Assembly: GCA_977017645.1 (NCBI GenBank)
Contig: OZ360242.1
Coordinates: 34,534,001 to 34,598,000, forward strand
Reading direction: 5' to 3'
From: Torpedo marmorata
Lineage: Eukaryota
Length of the DNA: 64,000 bases
In this document: one piece after another, positions 39,733-54,010 of the stretch
How positions within the stretch are numbered: position 1 is the stretch's first letter
Layout: the number at the start of each line of letters is the position of its first letter
Translations under genes and position numbers: made by a program
The notes under the pieces: generated by a model
Told to the model about the DNA's origin: nothing
Seen by the model: only the letters and a program-made list of their open reading frames with translations
Database searches by the model: none

Positions 39733-39949
39733 GTAAAGTGGCTCAGCTTTTGGCCACAAATGTTTCAGGATAACCAGTTGGTGAAATCTGTCCACTGGAT
39801 CATATTACGAACAATTTTCTTTCCAGAAGTAAGTAAATGAGGAGGAACTGTTTTCTCTGATAGAGGATCAACAACTAGAGGAAACAGATTCAGAGTAATT
39901 GGTAAAAGAAGTAGAGATGAAGAACAAAGAATCCTGGGAATAATAGACC

Positions 39950-40900
39950 AGTGAGTCTTACGTCAGTGGTTGACGAGTTGATAGGGTGGTTTGGAAGGTG
40001 TCTGCTGTGGTTAAATTCAATTTAAATTTAAAATTTAAATTTTGTGTCATTCAGCACAGTAACAGGCCCTTTCGATCCACAAGCCTGTGCTGCCCAATTA
40101 CACCCAATTGACCTACAACCCCCGGTATGTTTTGGAACAGTGGGAGGAAACTGGAGCACCCGGAGGAAACCCATGCAGACACAGGGAGAACGTGCAAACT
40201 CTTTACAGCCAGCGCGGGATTCGAACCCCAGTTCCAGTCGCTGGCGCTGTAACAGCGTTGCGCTAACCGCTATGCTGATCGTGCCATCTTCATTAGTCTG
40301 GGGATTTCATTCAGGAGCTGTGAGGTAATTCTGAAGCTCTAAAAACTCTAGTTAGACCACACATGGAGTATTGTGTTCAATTCTGATCACCTCATTGCAG
40401 GAAGGGTGTAGGTGCTTTGGAGAAGGTACAGAGGAGATTTACCAGGATATTGCCTGATTGGAGAACATGTCATATGAAACAAGATTGACGTAGCTAGGGC
40501 TTTTCTCTTTGGGTGAGAGGTAACTTAATAGAGGTAATATAAGATTATGAGGGGCTTAGATACGTTGGACAGCCTGCACCTTTTTTCCTGGGGCGATAAT
40601 AGCAAATACCAAAGTACATCTGTATAAGGTGAGTAGAAGAAAATTTAGGTGAGATGTCAGAGGTAATTTTTTAATTCTTTATTTAAACACAGAGTGGTGG
40701 GTGCCTGGAATGCGTTGCTGAGGGTGGTGGAGGAGGCTGGTACAACTGGGACTGTCAAAAGACTCTTAGATAGGCACATGGATGTGAAAGGGTTTTGGGT
40801 GTGATGCAGCGAAAAATTAGATTGTTGTGGAGTAGGTTTCCATAGGTCATCACAACATCATGGGCTGAAGGGCCTGTACTGTGCTGTAATGTTCTATGAA
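39950..40900 (+). mobile_element. Old CR1 3' fragment with a nested HE1-like SINE (about 40012-40285, -)
   Basis: LVRPH.EYCVQF.SP..RK...LEKVQRRFTR remnants; the SINE has a B-box and V-domain. Confidence 0.75.
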
Positions 40901-42072
40901 AAATAAGATGGCTGAATTATACTTTTTAGTGACTTTCAAAAGAAATTGAATACATATTTGCAAAGCCATTGCTTTTCTTTCGTTCAGGCAATTAAACCAA
41001 CATAAAATGTAAGAGACAGGATGAAATTGACCATGAACAGTCATTTTGGTAAATGTAGTCCTGCAAGAAATGGTCAATGACAGTTTCATTGACTGCAGAA
41101 TCGTCCAGTGATATTTACGAGTAGATATTCAGATCCAAGCTATGATTAAGTCGCTAACATATTCACATTCATGCTTTCAATAAATTATTAACTAATTTAC
41201 CCATCTTTGGGAATGACAAGAACTTGTTTAGAAATACACTGATGAGAGATTCATGTTTTTTGCCCTCATTGGTCAAGTGAAGTACAACTTGCATGATGTT
41301 CAGTTGTAGCATGCTAGTTTATTAACTCCAGGGGCTGTTCAGTGTGGCATAGGCAGGGGGAGCTCCACTCTCCTTGTTCATTGCCTGGAAGCTTATATTT
41401 TTCCATGCCTGAAGATAGAAGCCAATCCATTCAGTTGATTTATTGCCTGGAGGCTGTTTAGCAGACCTGGAGGCATCTGGGCTCTCGGGGGCACTCACTG
41501 TAGTTGTATTGAAAGATTGCCACGTGCTGATTTTTGCATTTGAAAAAGTAAACTTTATCCTATTTTCACATGTACATGATTTATTACTATGGTATTTCCT
41601 TTTGGATTTGCAAGGATTGCAAATTCTGGAATCAGATACACTTATCTGTGGCTGCAAGAACACTGTCCCTTGATCATTTTGTTGAAATTTAACTTCTGCA
41701 TTGTTTTATTAATTATTTCAGAGTGCTCGTTCCCTTCAAATACAGCTTCATAAATCACAGCTCCAGCATTCAGAAGGAGAGTGAACACAACACAGTACAG
41801 GTCCAGGTGACAGACAAGCTCAGAATTCTATCTTCTGACCTGACTTCTTGCTCAAGCTATCTGGCTACCTTATCCCACCAGTTGTCTACAGAAGGAAAAC
41901 AATGCAGATGCTGTAAATCTGAAATGAAACCACTCATAATGACCTTGTACTTGATTTCTCTTGGAATCTAGATGATTTCACAACAAAATTATGTCTTTAT
42001 GCAAAGAGAACCAAAAATCTTGTGTTTAAACAGCTTTGGATCATTTTATTAATTTCAGTATTTGCCTTTCAG

Positions 42073-42197
42073 ATATTTTAAACAAAGAAGAATATTTACA
42101 GAAACAGAAGTCTGAGCCAATTATTTTCTCCCGAGAAAAACATTTAAACGCCTTTGAATGTATTATGCCTGCCAACATCAAAGCAGTAACTGCCAAG
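42073..42197 (+). CDS. CARD11: CARD11 exon (GUK): [42 protein letters not shown]
   Basis: Acceptor tttgcctttcag, donor AAG|gtaaag; 125 nt. Matches human [23 protein letters not shown] (recalled). Confidence 0.94.
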
Positions 42198-42679
42198 GTA
42201 AAGGACATTTTTTTCTTTTTATAATGTGGGTTACAAAGAAAGTATTTATTTTAGTTCAGTGACACAACATCCCAGCATCTTTCAAGACATAACTGGAACA
42301 ATGTAGTCCCCTTGCTACACAACTCTACTGCTACGAATGTGTGACGCCCATCAGGAAACAGCAAATCAGCAGATATTCCAGGCAAATAAGCATGTGGTAA
42401 ATGGGGAGAGCTGTGGAGTTATTATCACCCATCTTGTGCTACTGCCAACTTCATTCCCCTGGCATTTACAATAAATATCAAACCAAACTGGTTAAGGAAG
42501 GGGGGCGGGAGGTAAAGATTCATTGTCTTTTCTCTTCTCCCCAAATTCCTTCTAATGCAGGGAAACACATGATTGTTGTACAGACACTGTGGGATTATTC
42601 TTCATATGAGAACCAATTTTTGCTTTTGAAAGAACACTTGCATTACTGTGGAGTGCTTCATTTATACTCAAAAACTCTC

Positions 42680-45600
42680 TTTCTTTTTCAATCTTTTTAT
42701 TAATCATATTATAGGTAAACAATACATGAGGAGAGTAGGAGTACATAATCAAGGAGAAAAAAAAATCACTATATGACATCATATGATATAACATATTGCA
42801 TTACACCACAATTAACGAATATGTTCTCATCTCCTCCAACTGAAATTTTCACCAAAAAAAATAAATTTTTTTATTATATAAAACCCCACCTAATCTAAGA
42901 AAAAAAAAGACAAAAAAAAAAAAGACTGGGCAGCCTATCCTGAGAATTTATTAATAAAAATTAATCGTCTGGTCTTCACCAACAAAGAGAAAATAAATAA
43001 AATTAAATATAGTCTGGAAGGGAAAATAATTATACTAACTAGGTCATGTGGAAATAATTTATAAAAAGTCGCCAAGTCTCTTCAAATTTAACAGAAGTAT
43101 CAAATGTACGATTCCTAACTTTCTCTAAACTTAAACATGACATAATTTGATAGAACAATTGAGTCAAAGTAGGTGAATTAGAATCTTTCCATTTAAATAA
43201 AATAGCTCTTCTCGCCAACAATGTAGAAAAGGCTACAACCCGATGTGTGGAAGTGGGAACTCATCCCACTTCTGGAACTATAATTCCAAAAAGAGCAGTC
43301 AATGGGTTAGGTTGCAAACTAATATCCAGTATAGCTGACAAAGTCTTAAAAATATCTATCCAATACCTCTCCAACATAGGGCATGTCCAAAACATATGAG
43401 TTACAGAAGCCACTTCTGATTTACATCTATCACAAATAGGACTAACGTTAGAAAAAATACGGGCCAATTTGTCTTTCGACATATGACCCCGATGTACCAC
43501 TTTAAAATGAATCAAAGAATGACGAGCACATATTGAAGAGGTATTAACCAGTCCAAAAATCTTCTCCCATGATTCCGCTGGAAGATGTAATTGAAGTTCC
43601 CTTCCCAGGCCCTTTTAATTTTGTCATTAGAATTTGATTGCAATCTTAATAATTTCAGAATCAGAATCAGAATTTATTATCATGAACAAGTCATGAAATT
43701 CGGTGTTTTGCGGCAGCATCATAGTGCAATTAACATTCATATTAATCATCTTACGACATTACTATAAAAAATTATAAATAATAGTGCACGAAAAGTAAGG
43801 CAGTGTCTTTGGTTCATTGATTATTCAGGAATCTGATGGCAGCGGGGAAGAAGCTTTCCTTGTGCCGTTGAGTGCTCGTCTTTAGGCTCCTGTACCTTTT
43901 TCCCGATGGAAGCAGAGTGAAGAGGGCATTGCCTGGGTGGTGGGGGTCTTTGAGGATAGAGGCTGCTTTTTTAAGACACCGCCTCATGTAGATGTCCTCG
44001 ATGGAGTGAAGTTTGGTGCCTGTGATGTCACAGGCCGAGTTAACAACCCTCTGGAGTTTACTCTTGTCCTGAGAGTTGGCACCTCCATACCAGGCAGTGA
44101 TGCAACCAGCCAGAATGCTCTCCACGGTACACCTGTAGAAGTTTACGAGAGTCTTCGGTGACATACCGAATCTCCGCAGACACCTCACAAAGTATAGCCG
44201 CTGACGAGCCTTCTTTGTGATTGCATCAACGTGGAGGCTCCAGGACAGATCCTCAGAGATGTTGACACCCAGGAATTTGAAGTTCTTGACCCTCTCCACG
44301 ACTGAGCCCTCGATGAGGACTGGGTCATGTTCCCCTGACTTCCTCCTGAAGTCCACAATCATCTCCTTGGTTTTGCTGACGTTGAGCTCAAGGTTGTTGT
44401 CATTACACCATTCAACGAGCTGATCTATTTCCCTCCTGTACGCTTCGTCATTGCCGTTTGTGATTCTGCCGACAACTGTGGTGTCATCGGCAAACTTGTA
44501 GATGGCATTGGAATTGTGCCTGGCCACACAGTCATGAGTGTATAACGAGTAGAGCAGTGGACTAAGCACGCATCCTTGGGGTGCGCTTGTGTTGATAATC
44601 AGTGAGGAGGAGACGTTGTTTCCAATTCGTACTGACTGTGGTCTTCCAATGAGAAAGTCAAGGATCCAGTTGCCGAGGGGGGTACAGAGGCCTAGAGTTT
44701 GTAGCTTCTTGACCAGCACTGAGGGAATAATGGTATTGAAGGCCGAGCTGCAGTTGATGAAGAGCAGCCGTATGTATGAATTGCTGGTTTCGAGGTGATC
44801 CAGAGCTGAGTGGAGAGCCAGCGATATTACATCTGCTGTGGAGCGATTGTGACGATAGGCGAACTTATTATAAATGTTACCTATTAAACCCTTATGAGAA
44901 GGGTTCAAATGAAAAAAAGTATCAATCAAATCCGGTTGGTCAATGTTGGAAAGTTAGGCAGTAAAGTATTCAGAAAATGTCTAATTTGGAAGTATCTAAA
45001 AAAATGTGACTTAGGTATATTATATTTATTGGATACCATCTATAAACAAATCTGAAAAAGAGACGATTCCTTTAACTTTCCAAAAAGAGAAGGCTTGATC
45101 AATTATAGACAGTTGAAAAAAATAATTAAGAGAAATGGTACCAGATAAAATAAAATTTTTCAAGTCAAAGAACTTCCGAAATTGAAACCAAATCCGTAAT
45201 GTATGTTTAAGTATTGGGTTGAAGGTATGTCTACTAATCTTGGAAAGTGTAAAAGGAAGAGCTGCTCCCAATAAAGAGACTACTGAATACCTCTGCACGG
45301 ATTTCAATTCCAAATCTACCCAATAAGGGTGTTCAAATTTATCAGAATAGTAGATCCAGAAAATAATATAGTGGATGTTAGCTGCCCAATAATAGAGTCT
45401 AAGATTAGGTAAAGCCATACCACCATCTTTCTTTAATATGCAGATGGAATTTACTCAATCTGGCATTCTTTTTATTCCAAATATAAGAAGATATTTTAGA
45501 GTCAATATTATCAAAAAAGGATTTTGGAATAAAAACTGGAACTGCTTGAAAAATACAAAAATTTAGGTAAGATTATCATCTTAATAGCATTACTACGACC

Positions 45601-47400
45601 TATTAAAGATAAAGCCAATTTAGAAAGAGACCATTTAGAAAGAGATTGTTTCACATAATCTATCAAAGGAAGAAAGTTAAATTTATATAGATCTTTAAAT
45701 GTTTTGGTAATTTTAACCCCAAGATAGGTAAAATTATCTTTAACCACTCAAAAAGGTGTGTGATTATAAACAGGTACATGCATGTTTATTGGAAATAACT
45801 CACTCTTATAAAGATTCAATTTATATCCAGAGAAACTACCAAATTGGGAAAGCAAAGACAACATTGGAGGAATAGATTTCTCAGGATCTGAAATAACTAA
45901 AAGATCATCTGCATATAAAGATACTTTCTGAATTCCATCTCCTCTATTAATTCCCTGAATGTCACTGAAATCCCGAAGTGCTATTGCTTGGGGTTCCAAA
46001 GTAAATTAAATAATAAAGGGCTAAGAGGACAACACTGTCTAGTTCCTCGAAATAACCTAAAAAGTGAACATTTTTGATTATTCATAATTACAGCAGCGGC
46101 TGGAGTTTGATAAATCAAGTTAATCCAAGAGATAAAACCAGGGCTGAAATTAAATCTTTTCAAAACTTCAAACAGATATTTCCATTCCACTCCATCAAAA
46201 GCCTTTTCTGCATCTAACAACACTACACATTCTGGAGTTTTAAGTGATGGGGAATAAATTATATTCATTAATCTACGGATATTAAAATGTGAATATCGAT
46301 TCTTTATAAATCCTGTTTGGTCTATAAAGATAATCTGAGGAAGAATATTTTCCAATCTATTAGCTAAAAACTTGGAAAGAATTTTAGAATCAACATTCAA
46401 TAACGATATTGGTCTATAGGAAGCGCAATCAGAAGGGTCCTTATCCTGTTTAGGAATTAAGGAAATTGACGCTTCATAAAATGTCCGTGGCAAGGTTCTA
46501 AAAAGATTAGAATCACTAAATACCTTACAAAGTCGGGGGGTAAGTATATTATTGGAGCTTCCAATAAAAGTTGATCATTAGGAGAAATTTTAGGGATATT
46601 CAACCATTGCAGGAATCTATCCATAGAGACAGAATTGTCGGGAAACTCAGATTTATATAAATCAGAATAGAATTCCTGAAATGTCTTATTAATTTCAACA
46701 TGATGAAACACAATGCTACCATTTTTTTACGAATTTTAATAATCTGTCTTTTGGCCTTAGCTGATTTTAATTGACTAGCTAACAATTTACCTGATTTATC
46801 CCCATGTACATAAAACTGACTTTTAAGTTTAAGAAGTTGGCTTTTAATAGGGTATGTTAAAAATAAATCATGTTGCGTTTGAAATTCTACCCTTTCCTTA
46901 TAAAGATCAGAATTAGGCATCCTTGAATATAATCTATCAATTTCTTTAATCCTATTATTCAGTAGCAATAATTTTTCCTTTGTACGTTTTCTTAACCCAG
47001 CTGAATAGGAAATTATTTGTCCCCGAAGGTATGCCTTAAACCTATCCCAGACAGTTAAACTTGACATTTCCTTAGTTAAATTCGTTAAGAAAAAATAAGA
47101 GATTTGCTCCTTAATAAAGTCTACAAATTTTTCATCTTGAAGTTAGGTCGAATTAAACCGCCACTGCTCGGCTCCGGAAGTGACATCAGAGAGTGTAAAA
47201 GAGAGTTTCAAAGGTGCATGATCAGAAACAGCAATTGCGCCGTAGGCACAATCCGTTACCGAGGGAAGAAATCGATTATCAACAAAAAAATAATCAATCC
47301 TGGAATATTGATGATAAACGTGAAAAAAAAGAAAACTCTTTATCATTAGGGTGTAAAAAACGCCATATATCAACGTCCATAATCTAACAAAAAAGAATTG
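42680..47400 (-). mobile_element. 5'-truncated L1-clade LINE (endonuclease end, RT, C-terminus) interrupted by Rex1
   Basis: YSRIDYF, SDHAP, YRPISLLNVDSKIL, LDAEKAFD, YADDLL, CDRC..HMFWTC; 13-bp TSD ctca(a/g)aaactctc. Confidence 0.9.
43655..44864 (-). mobile_element. Young Rex1/Babar LINE, 5'-truncated, with an open RT frame
   Basis: [26 protein letters not shown] and KFADD with no stops; (ATTCTG)n tail. Confidence 0.93.
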
Positions 47401-48818
47401 CTCAGAAACTCTCAGAAGACTTTTTGTTTGGAATGTTCTCCTTAGAATACAGAGCGTGAGGAATTTTTTAGGAGAGAATTCATAATTTTAAGGGAATGTG
47501 TAGATGCAGAAAAACAATTTCTGGAGTCAATAACTATTGGATATATTTTTAAGATAATAGTCAAAAATATGGGTGAAAATTAGAATGTTTAATGCAGTGT
47601 GGTTTTATAATAATTTTACAGTTGACGAAATAGGAATAGCTGAAGACCATAAGATTCCTTCAAACCATTACCAATCAATGTGACTGATTGTGGGTCTCAA
47701 TACGAGCACACCAGTCCAAAATCCTTGTCTGTAAGGAAGCTGCAGGGAGATGTAGACAAACTGAGTAAGTGAACAAGATCACAGTACTGTACTTGAAACA
47801 TAATGTGGAAAAATGTGACTGGAGCGTGGTGAGTAATTGTTAATTTAATTTAAAAGGGCGTGGAGGGCAAAGGGTTAGGTTAATTGGTGATCAGTAGTAG
47901 TGAGAAATTGGGTATTTGAGAAAATTAGCAGTGACCTATAATAGGAAGGGAAGTTGAGGGAGCGGCCAGTGAGGAGTGGCACAGGGAAGGAGTGGAGCAC
48001 TGAGGCTTTGGCTCACGAGGCTTCAGAGGCTGAGGAAGTGCTACCAGTGAGGTAAGGTTGGTAAGTTTATTTCTAATTAATCTAATTGAAGTTAAGAGTT
48101 ATGGAGGCAGTTGGGGCAATCAGGTGCTCTGAATGCAGGATGTGGGAGGTCAGGGACAGCACAAATGTTCCTGATGACCACACCTGCAAAAGGTGCATAT
48201 AGATGCAACTCCTGAGAGACCGTGTTAGGGAACTTGAGTTGCAGGTGGATGAACTTCGGATCATGAGGGAGGCAGAGGAAGTCATAGATAGGAGTTTCAG
48301 GGAGATAGTCACCCCAAATAGACAGGAGGCAGCTAACTGGGTGACTGTGAGGAAAGGGAAGGGGGGGAGACAGAGTGCAGAGAACCCCTGTGGCCATTCC
48401 CCTCAGTAATAAGTATACTGTTTTAGATAATGTTGGGTGGGGGGACCTACCAGGGACAAATCGCGGGTGTCAGGTCTCTGGCACGGGGGCTGGCCCCTCG
48501 GCTCAGAAGGGAAGGGGGGAAAGGAGGAGAGCTCTTGTAATTGGGGACTCACTGGTTAGAGGATCAGATAGGAGGTTTGATGGAAGAGATCGGGGCTCCT
48601 GGTTGGCATGTTGCCTTCCAGGTGCCAGGGTCAGGTAGGTCTCTGATCGAGTACACAGCATTCTGGAGGGGGAGGGCGAGCAGCCAGATGTCGTGGTTCA
48701 CATGGGGTCCAATGACATAGAAAGAAGTGGGGATGAGGTCCTGAGGAAAGAATATAAGGAGTTAGGAAGGAAGTTAAAAAGCAGGACCTCAAGGGTGGTA
48801 ATCTCGGTATTGCTGCAT

Positions 48819-50410
48819 TTCAGAATCAGAATTTCAGAATCAGAATTTATTGTCATGAACAGGTCATGAAATTCGGTGTTTTGCGGCAGCATCATAGTGC
48901 AATTAACATTCATATTAACCATCTAACGACATTACTATAAAAAATTATAAACAATAGTGCACGAAAAGTAAGGCAGTGTCATTGGTTCATTGATTATTCA
49001 GGAATCTGATGGCAGCGGGGAAGAAGCTGTCCTTGTGCCGTTGAGTGCTCGTCTTTAGGCTCCTGTACCTTTTTCCCGATGGAAGCAGAGCGAAGAGGTC
49101 ATTGCCTGGGTGGTGGGGGTCATTGAGGATAGAGGCTGCTTTTTTAAGACACCGCCTCATGTAGATGTCCTCGATGGAGTGAAGTTTGGTGCCTGTGATG
49201 TCACAGGCCGAGTTAACAACCCTCTGGAGTTTCCTCTTGTCCTGGGAGTTGGCGCCTCCATACCAGGCAGTGATGCAACCAGCCAGAATGCTCTCCACGG
49301 TACACCTGTAGAAGTTTATGAGCGTCTTTGGTGACATACCGAATCTCCGCAGACACCTCACAAAGTATAGCCGCTGACGAGCCTTCTTTGTGATTGCATC
49401 AACGTGGATGCTTCAGGCCAGATCCTCGGAGATGTTGACACCCAGGAATTTGAAGTTCTTGACCCTCTCCACGACTGAGCCCTCGATGAGGACTGGGTCG
49501 TATTCCCCTGACTTCCTCCTGAAGTCCACAATCATCTCCTTGGTTTTGCTGACGTTGATCTCAAGGTTGTTGCCATTACACCATTCAACGAGCTGATCTA
49601 TCTCCCTCCTGTACGCTTCCTCATTGCCGTTTGTGATTCTGCCGACAACTGTGGTGTCATCGGCAAACTTGTAGATGGCATTGGAATTGTGCCTGGCCAC
49701 ACAGTCATGGGTGTATAACGAGTAGAGCAGTGGACTAAGCACGCATCCTTGGGGTGCGCCTGTGTTGATAATCAGTGAGGAGGAGACGTTGTTTCCAATT
49801 CGTACTGACTGTGGTCTTCCGATGAGAAAGTCAAGGATCCAGTTGCAGAGGGGGGTACAGAGGCCTGGAGTTTGTAGCTTCTTGACCAGCACTGAGGGAA
49901 TAATGGTATTGAAGGCCGAGCTGTAGTGGATAAAGAGCAGCCGTATGTATGAATTTCTGTTTTCGAGGTGATCCAGAGCTGAGTGGAGAGCCAGCGATAT
50001 TGCATCTGCTGTGGAGCGATTGTGGCGATAGGTGAATTGCAGTGGGTCCAGATCTTTGCTTAGGTATATGTTAATTCTGGCCATGACCAGCCTCTCAAAG
50101 CATTTCATCACAGTAGATGTTAGTGCTACTGGGCGGTAGTCGTTGAGGCAGCCCACACTACTCTTCTTGGGTACCGGGATGATTGATGCCCTTTTGAAGC
50201 AGGTGGGAACCTCTGACAGCCGCAATGAGAGGTTGAAAATGTCCGTGAACACTCCAGCTAGTTGGTTGGTGCAGATTTTCAATACCCTGCCAGGTATGCC
50301 GTCAGGGCCTGATGCCTTGCGAGGGTTCACCCTCTTGAATGATGTTCTGACGTCGCCCTCAGAGACAGATATCACAGGTTCCTCAAATCTAGGTGTTCTT
50401 CTACACTAAT
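48819..50410 (-). mobile_element. Young Rex1/Babar LINE inserted in CR1 ORF1
   Basis: 320-aa RT ORF plus C-terminal ORF separated by one TGG>TGA stop; 6-bp TSD ctgcat; near-identical to 43655-44864. Confidence 0.93.
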
Positions 50411-53025
50411 CTGCATGTGCCACACGCTAGAGAGGGTAGGAGAGGGTAGGAATAGGAAGATGTGGAGGATGAATGCGTGGCTAAAGAGTTGGTGCAGGGG
50501 GTAGGGGTTCAGATTTGTGGATCATTGGGATCTCTTCTGGGGAAGGTCTGACCTGTACAAAAGGGACGGGCTGCACTTGAACTGGAGGAGGACCAATATC
50601 CTGGCAGGCAGGTTTGCTAGAGCTGTTGGGGAGACTTTAAACTAGTTTGGCAGGGGGGTGGGAATCAGAATGAGAATGTGGAGATTAGGGTAGAAGAACA
50701 ACTAGATTTGAAGGAAGAGAGGAACCAGAATGTTAAAGATAATGAAGGAGAGGGTATGTGGGGGACATTCTCTCAAGTGTATATATTTCAATGCAAGGAG
50801 CATTGTACGAAAGGTGGACGAGCTTAGAGCATGGATTGACACATGGATATATGATATTGTAGCCATCAGTGAAACTTGGTTGCAAGAGGGGCATGATTGG
50901 CAGCTAAATATTCCAGGATTCCGTTGTTTTAGGCGTGATAGAACAGGGGGGATAAAAGGTGGAGGAGTCGCATTGCTTGTTAGAGAAACCATTACAGCAG
51001 TGCTATGGCAGGATAGATTGGAGGGCGCATCCAGTGAGGCTATTTGGGTGGAATTGAGGAATGGGAAAGGCATGAAAACACTAATGGGAGTGTATTATAG
51101 ACCACCGAATGGGCAGAGGGAATTAGAGGAGCACATTTGTAAGGAGATAGCATATATGTGTAATAAACAAAAGGTGGTGATTATAGGAGATTTTAACTTT
51201 CCACACTTTGACTGGGACGCCCATACTGTAAAAGGGCTGGATGGGTTGGAGTTTGTCAAATGTGTTCAGGAAAGTTTTCTAAATCAATACATAGAAGAAC
51301 CGACTGGAGAGAGGGCAGTATTGGATCTCCTATTTGGGAACAAGATAGGTCAGGTGACAGAGGTTTGTGTTGGGGAACACTTTGGGTCCAGTGATCATAA
51401 AACTATTAGTTTTAGGTTGATAATGGAGAAGGATAGGGCTGGGCCTAAGATTGAGATTCTTGATTGGAATAAGGCAAATTTCGAGGAGATGAGAAAGGAT
51501 TTAGAGGGTGTGGATTGGGATCATTTATTTTCAGGGAAGGATGTAACAGATAAATGGAGGATATTCAAAGGGGAAATTTTGAGAGTACAGTCGGTTCGTC
51601 CCTGTGAGGATTAAAGGAAGAGTTAGAAAATATAGGGAGCCTTGGTTTTCAAAGGATATTGGGAATTTGGTTCAGAGGAAGAGGGATGTGTACAACAGGT
51701 ATAGACAGCAAGGAATAGATGAGGTCCTTGAGGAATATAAGAAGTGTAAAAAAAATCTTAAGAAAGAAATTAGAAAGGCTAAAAGGAGATACGAGGCTGC
51801 TTTGGCAGGCAAGGTAAAAATAAATCCAAAGGATTTCTACAGGTACATTAAAAGTAAAAGAATAGTGAGGGATAAAATTGGGCCCATTGAGGATCAGACG
51901 GGTAGGTTATGTGAGAAGTCAGAAGAGATGGGGGAAATTTTAAATGATTTTTTTTCTTCAGTATTCACAAAGGAAAGGAATATTGAGCCAGGTGAAGCAA
52001 GGAAATCTGGTAGTGAGGTCACGGATAATATAAAGATTAATGAGGAGGTTGTATTGGCTATTTTAAAGAGAATAAAGGTGGATAAATCTCCAGGTCCTGA
52101 CACGATATTCCCGAGGACCCTGAGGGAGGTTAGTGTACAAATAGTGGGGGCTCTGACAGAAATATTTAAAATGTCACTGGCCACAGGGGAGGTGCCGGAG
52201 GATTGGAGCGTAGCTCATGTTGTCCTGCTGTTTGAAAAATGCTCCAAAAGTAAACCTGGAAATTATAGGCCTGTAAGTCTGACATCGGTGGTGGGTAAAT
52301 TAATGGAGGGTGTTCTTAGAGATGGTGTATACAGTTATTTGGAAAGACAAGCCTTGATTAGGAGTAGTCAACACGGCTTTATACATGGTAGATCATGTTT
52401 AACAAATCTTATAGAGTTTTTCGATGAGTTACTAAGAAGGTTGACGAGGGGAAGGCTGTGGATGTTGTCTGTATGGACTTTAGTAAGGCATTTGACAAGG
52501 TTCCACATAAGAGGCTAGTTAGGAAGGTTCAAGCATTAGATATTAACTTTGAAGTAGTGAAATGGATTCAACAATGGTTGGATAGGAGATGCCAGAGAGT
52601 AGTGGTGGAAAATTGTTTGTCAAATTGGAGGCCGGTGACTAGTGGAGTGCCTCAGGGATCGGTACTGGGTCCATTGTTGTTTGTCATATATATTAATGAT
52701 CTAGATGATAGGGTGGTAAATTGGATTTGTAAGTATGCAGATGATACGAAGATTGGTGGTGTTGTAGACCGTGAAGAGGGTTATCAAAGCTTGCAGGGGG
52801 ATAAAGGACAGTTAGAAGAGTTGGCTGAAACATGGCAGATGGAGTTTAATACTGATAAATGTGAGGTGCTACATTTTGGTAGGACTAATCAGCAAAAGTC
52901 ATACATGTTAAATGGAAGACAATTGAGGAGTGCAGTAGAACAAAGGGATTTGGGAATTCTGGTACATAATTCCTTGAAGTTTGAGTCACACGTAGATAGG
53001 GTGGTGAAGAAGGCATTTGGTATGT

Positions 53026-53164
53026 AAAACACGAAAATCTGTAGACACCGTGGTTGAAGTAAAAAACACAAATGCTGGAGAAACTCAGCAGGTCAAACAG
53101 TGTCTTTTATGTAGCAAAGGTAGAAATACATAACCGACATTTCGGGCTTGAGCCCTTCATCAAA
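53026..53164 (-). mobile_element. Standalone Penelope pLTR-derived short element starting at the hammerhead core
   Basis: Interrupts the CR1 KKAFGM codons; 13-bp TSD gcatttggtatgt (53013-53025 / 53165-53177). Confidence 0.85.
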
Positions 53165-53779
53165 GCATTTGGTATGTTGGCCTTCATAAATCAGAGTATT
53201 GAATACAGGAGTTGGGATGTCATGTTAAAGTTGTATAAGGCATTGGTTGAGGCCAAATTTGGAAAATTGTGTGCAGTTTTGGTCGCCGAATTATAGGAAG
53301 GATATAAATAGAATAGAGAGAGTGCAGAGGAGATTTACAAGAATGTTGCCTGGGTTTCTGGGTTTGAGTTACAGGGAAAGGTTCAGCAGGCTGGGACTTT
53401 ATTCCCTGGAGCGTAAAAGATTGAGGCGTGATTTGATAGAGGTATTTAAAATTATGAAGGGGACAGATAGAGTCAATGTGGACAGGCTTTTTCCATTGAG
53501 CGTGGGGGAGATTCAAACAAGAGGACATGGATTGAGATTGAAGGGGGAAAAGTTTAGAGGAAACATGAGGGGGAATTTCTTCACTCAGAGGGTGGTGGGG
53601 GTGTGGAACAAGCTTCCGGCCGAAGTGGTGGATGCAGGTTCAATTTTAATGTTTATGGAAAAGTTGGATAGGTATATGGACGGGAGAGGTGTGGAGGGTT
53701 ATGGGCCGGGTGCGGGTCAGTGTGACTAGGTGGGAGAAGGTGTTCGGCATGGACTAGAAGGGCCGAACTGGCCTGATTC

Positions 53780-54010
53780 NNNNNNNNNNNNNNNNNNNNN
53801 NNNNNNNNNNNNNNNNNNNNNNNNNNNNNNNNNNNNNNNNNNNNNNNNNNNNNNNNNNNNNNNNNNNNNNNNNNNNNNNNNNNNNNNNNNNNNNNNNNNN
53901 NNNNNNNNNNNNNNNNNNNNNNNNNNNNNNNNNNNNNNNNNNNNNNNNNNNNNNNNNNNNNNNNNNNNNNNNNNNNNNNNNNNNNNNNNNNNNNNNNNNN
54001 NNNNNNNNNN
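53780..54010. other. Assembly gap (231 N)
   Basis: Run of n at the CR1 3' tail. Confidence 1.

Larger units (their letters stand above)
47820..53779 (+). mobile_element. Near full-length CR1 LINE (ORF1 Zn-finger/coiled coil/SGNH esterase; ORF2 APE-RT), nested in an older CR1
   Basis: CSECRMW...CKRC, LVIGDSLVRG, DGLHLN; YFNARS, SETW, GDFN, SDH, SPGPD, QHGF, PQGSVLGP, YADD; frameshifts; runs into the gap. Confidence 0.93.

Noticed and set aside
43814-44929. 371-aa ORF as a novel gene
   Set aside because: Chance in-frame fusion of about 22 L1 codons to a truncated Rex1 RT.
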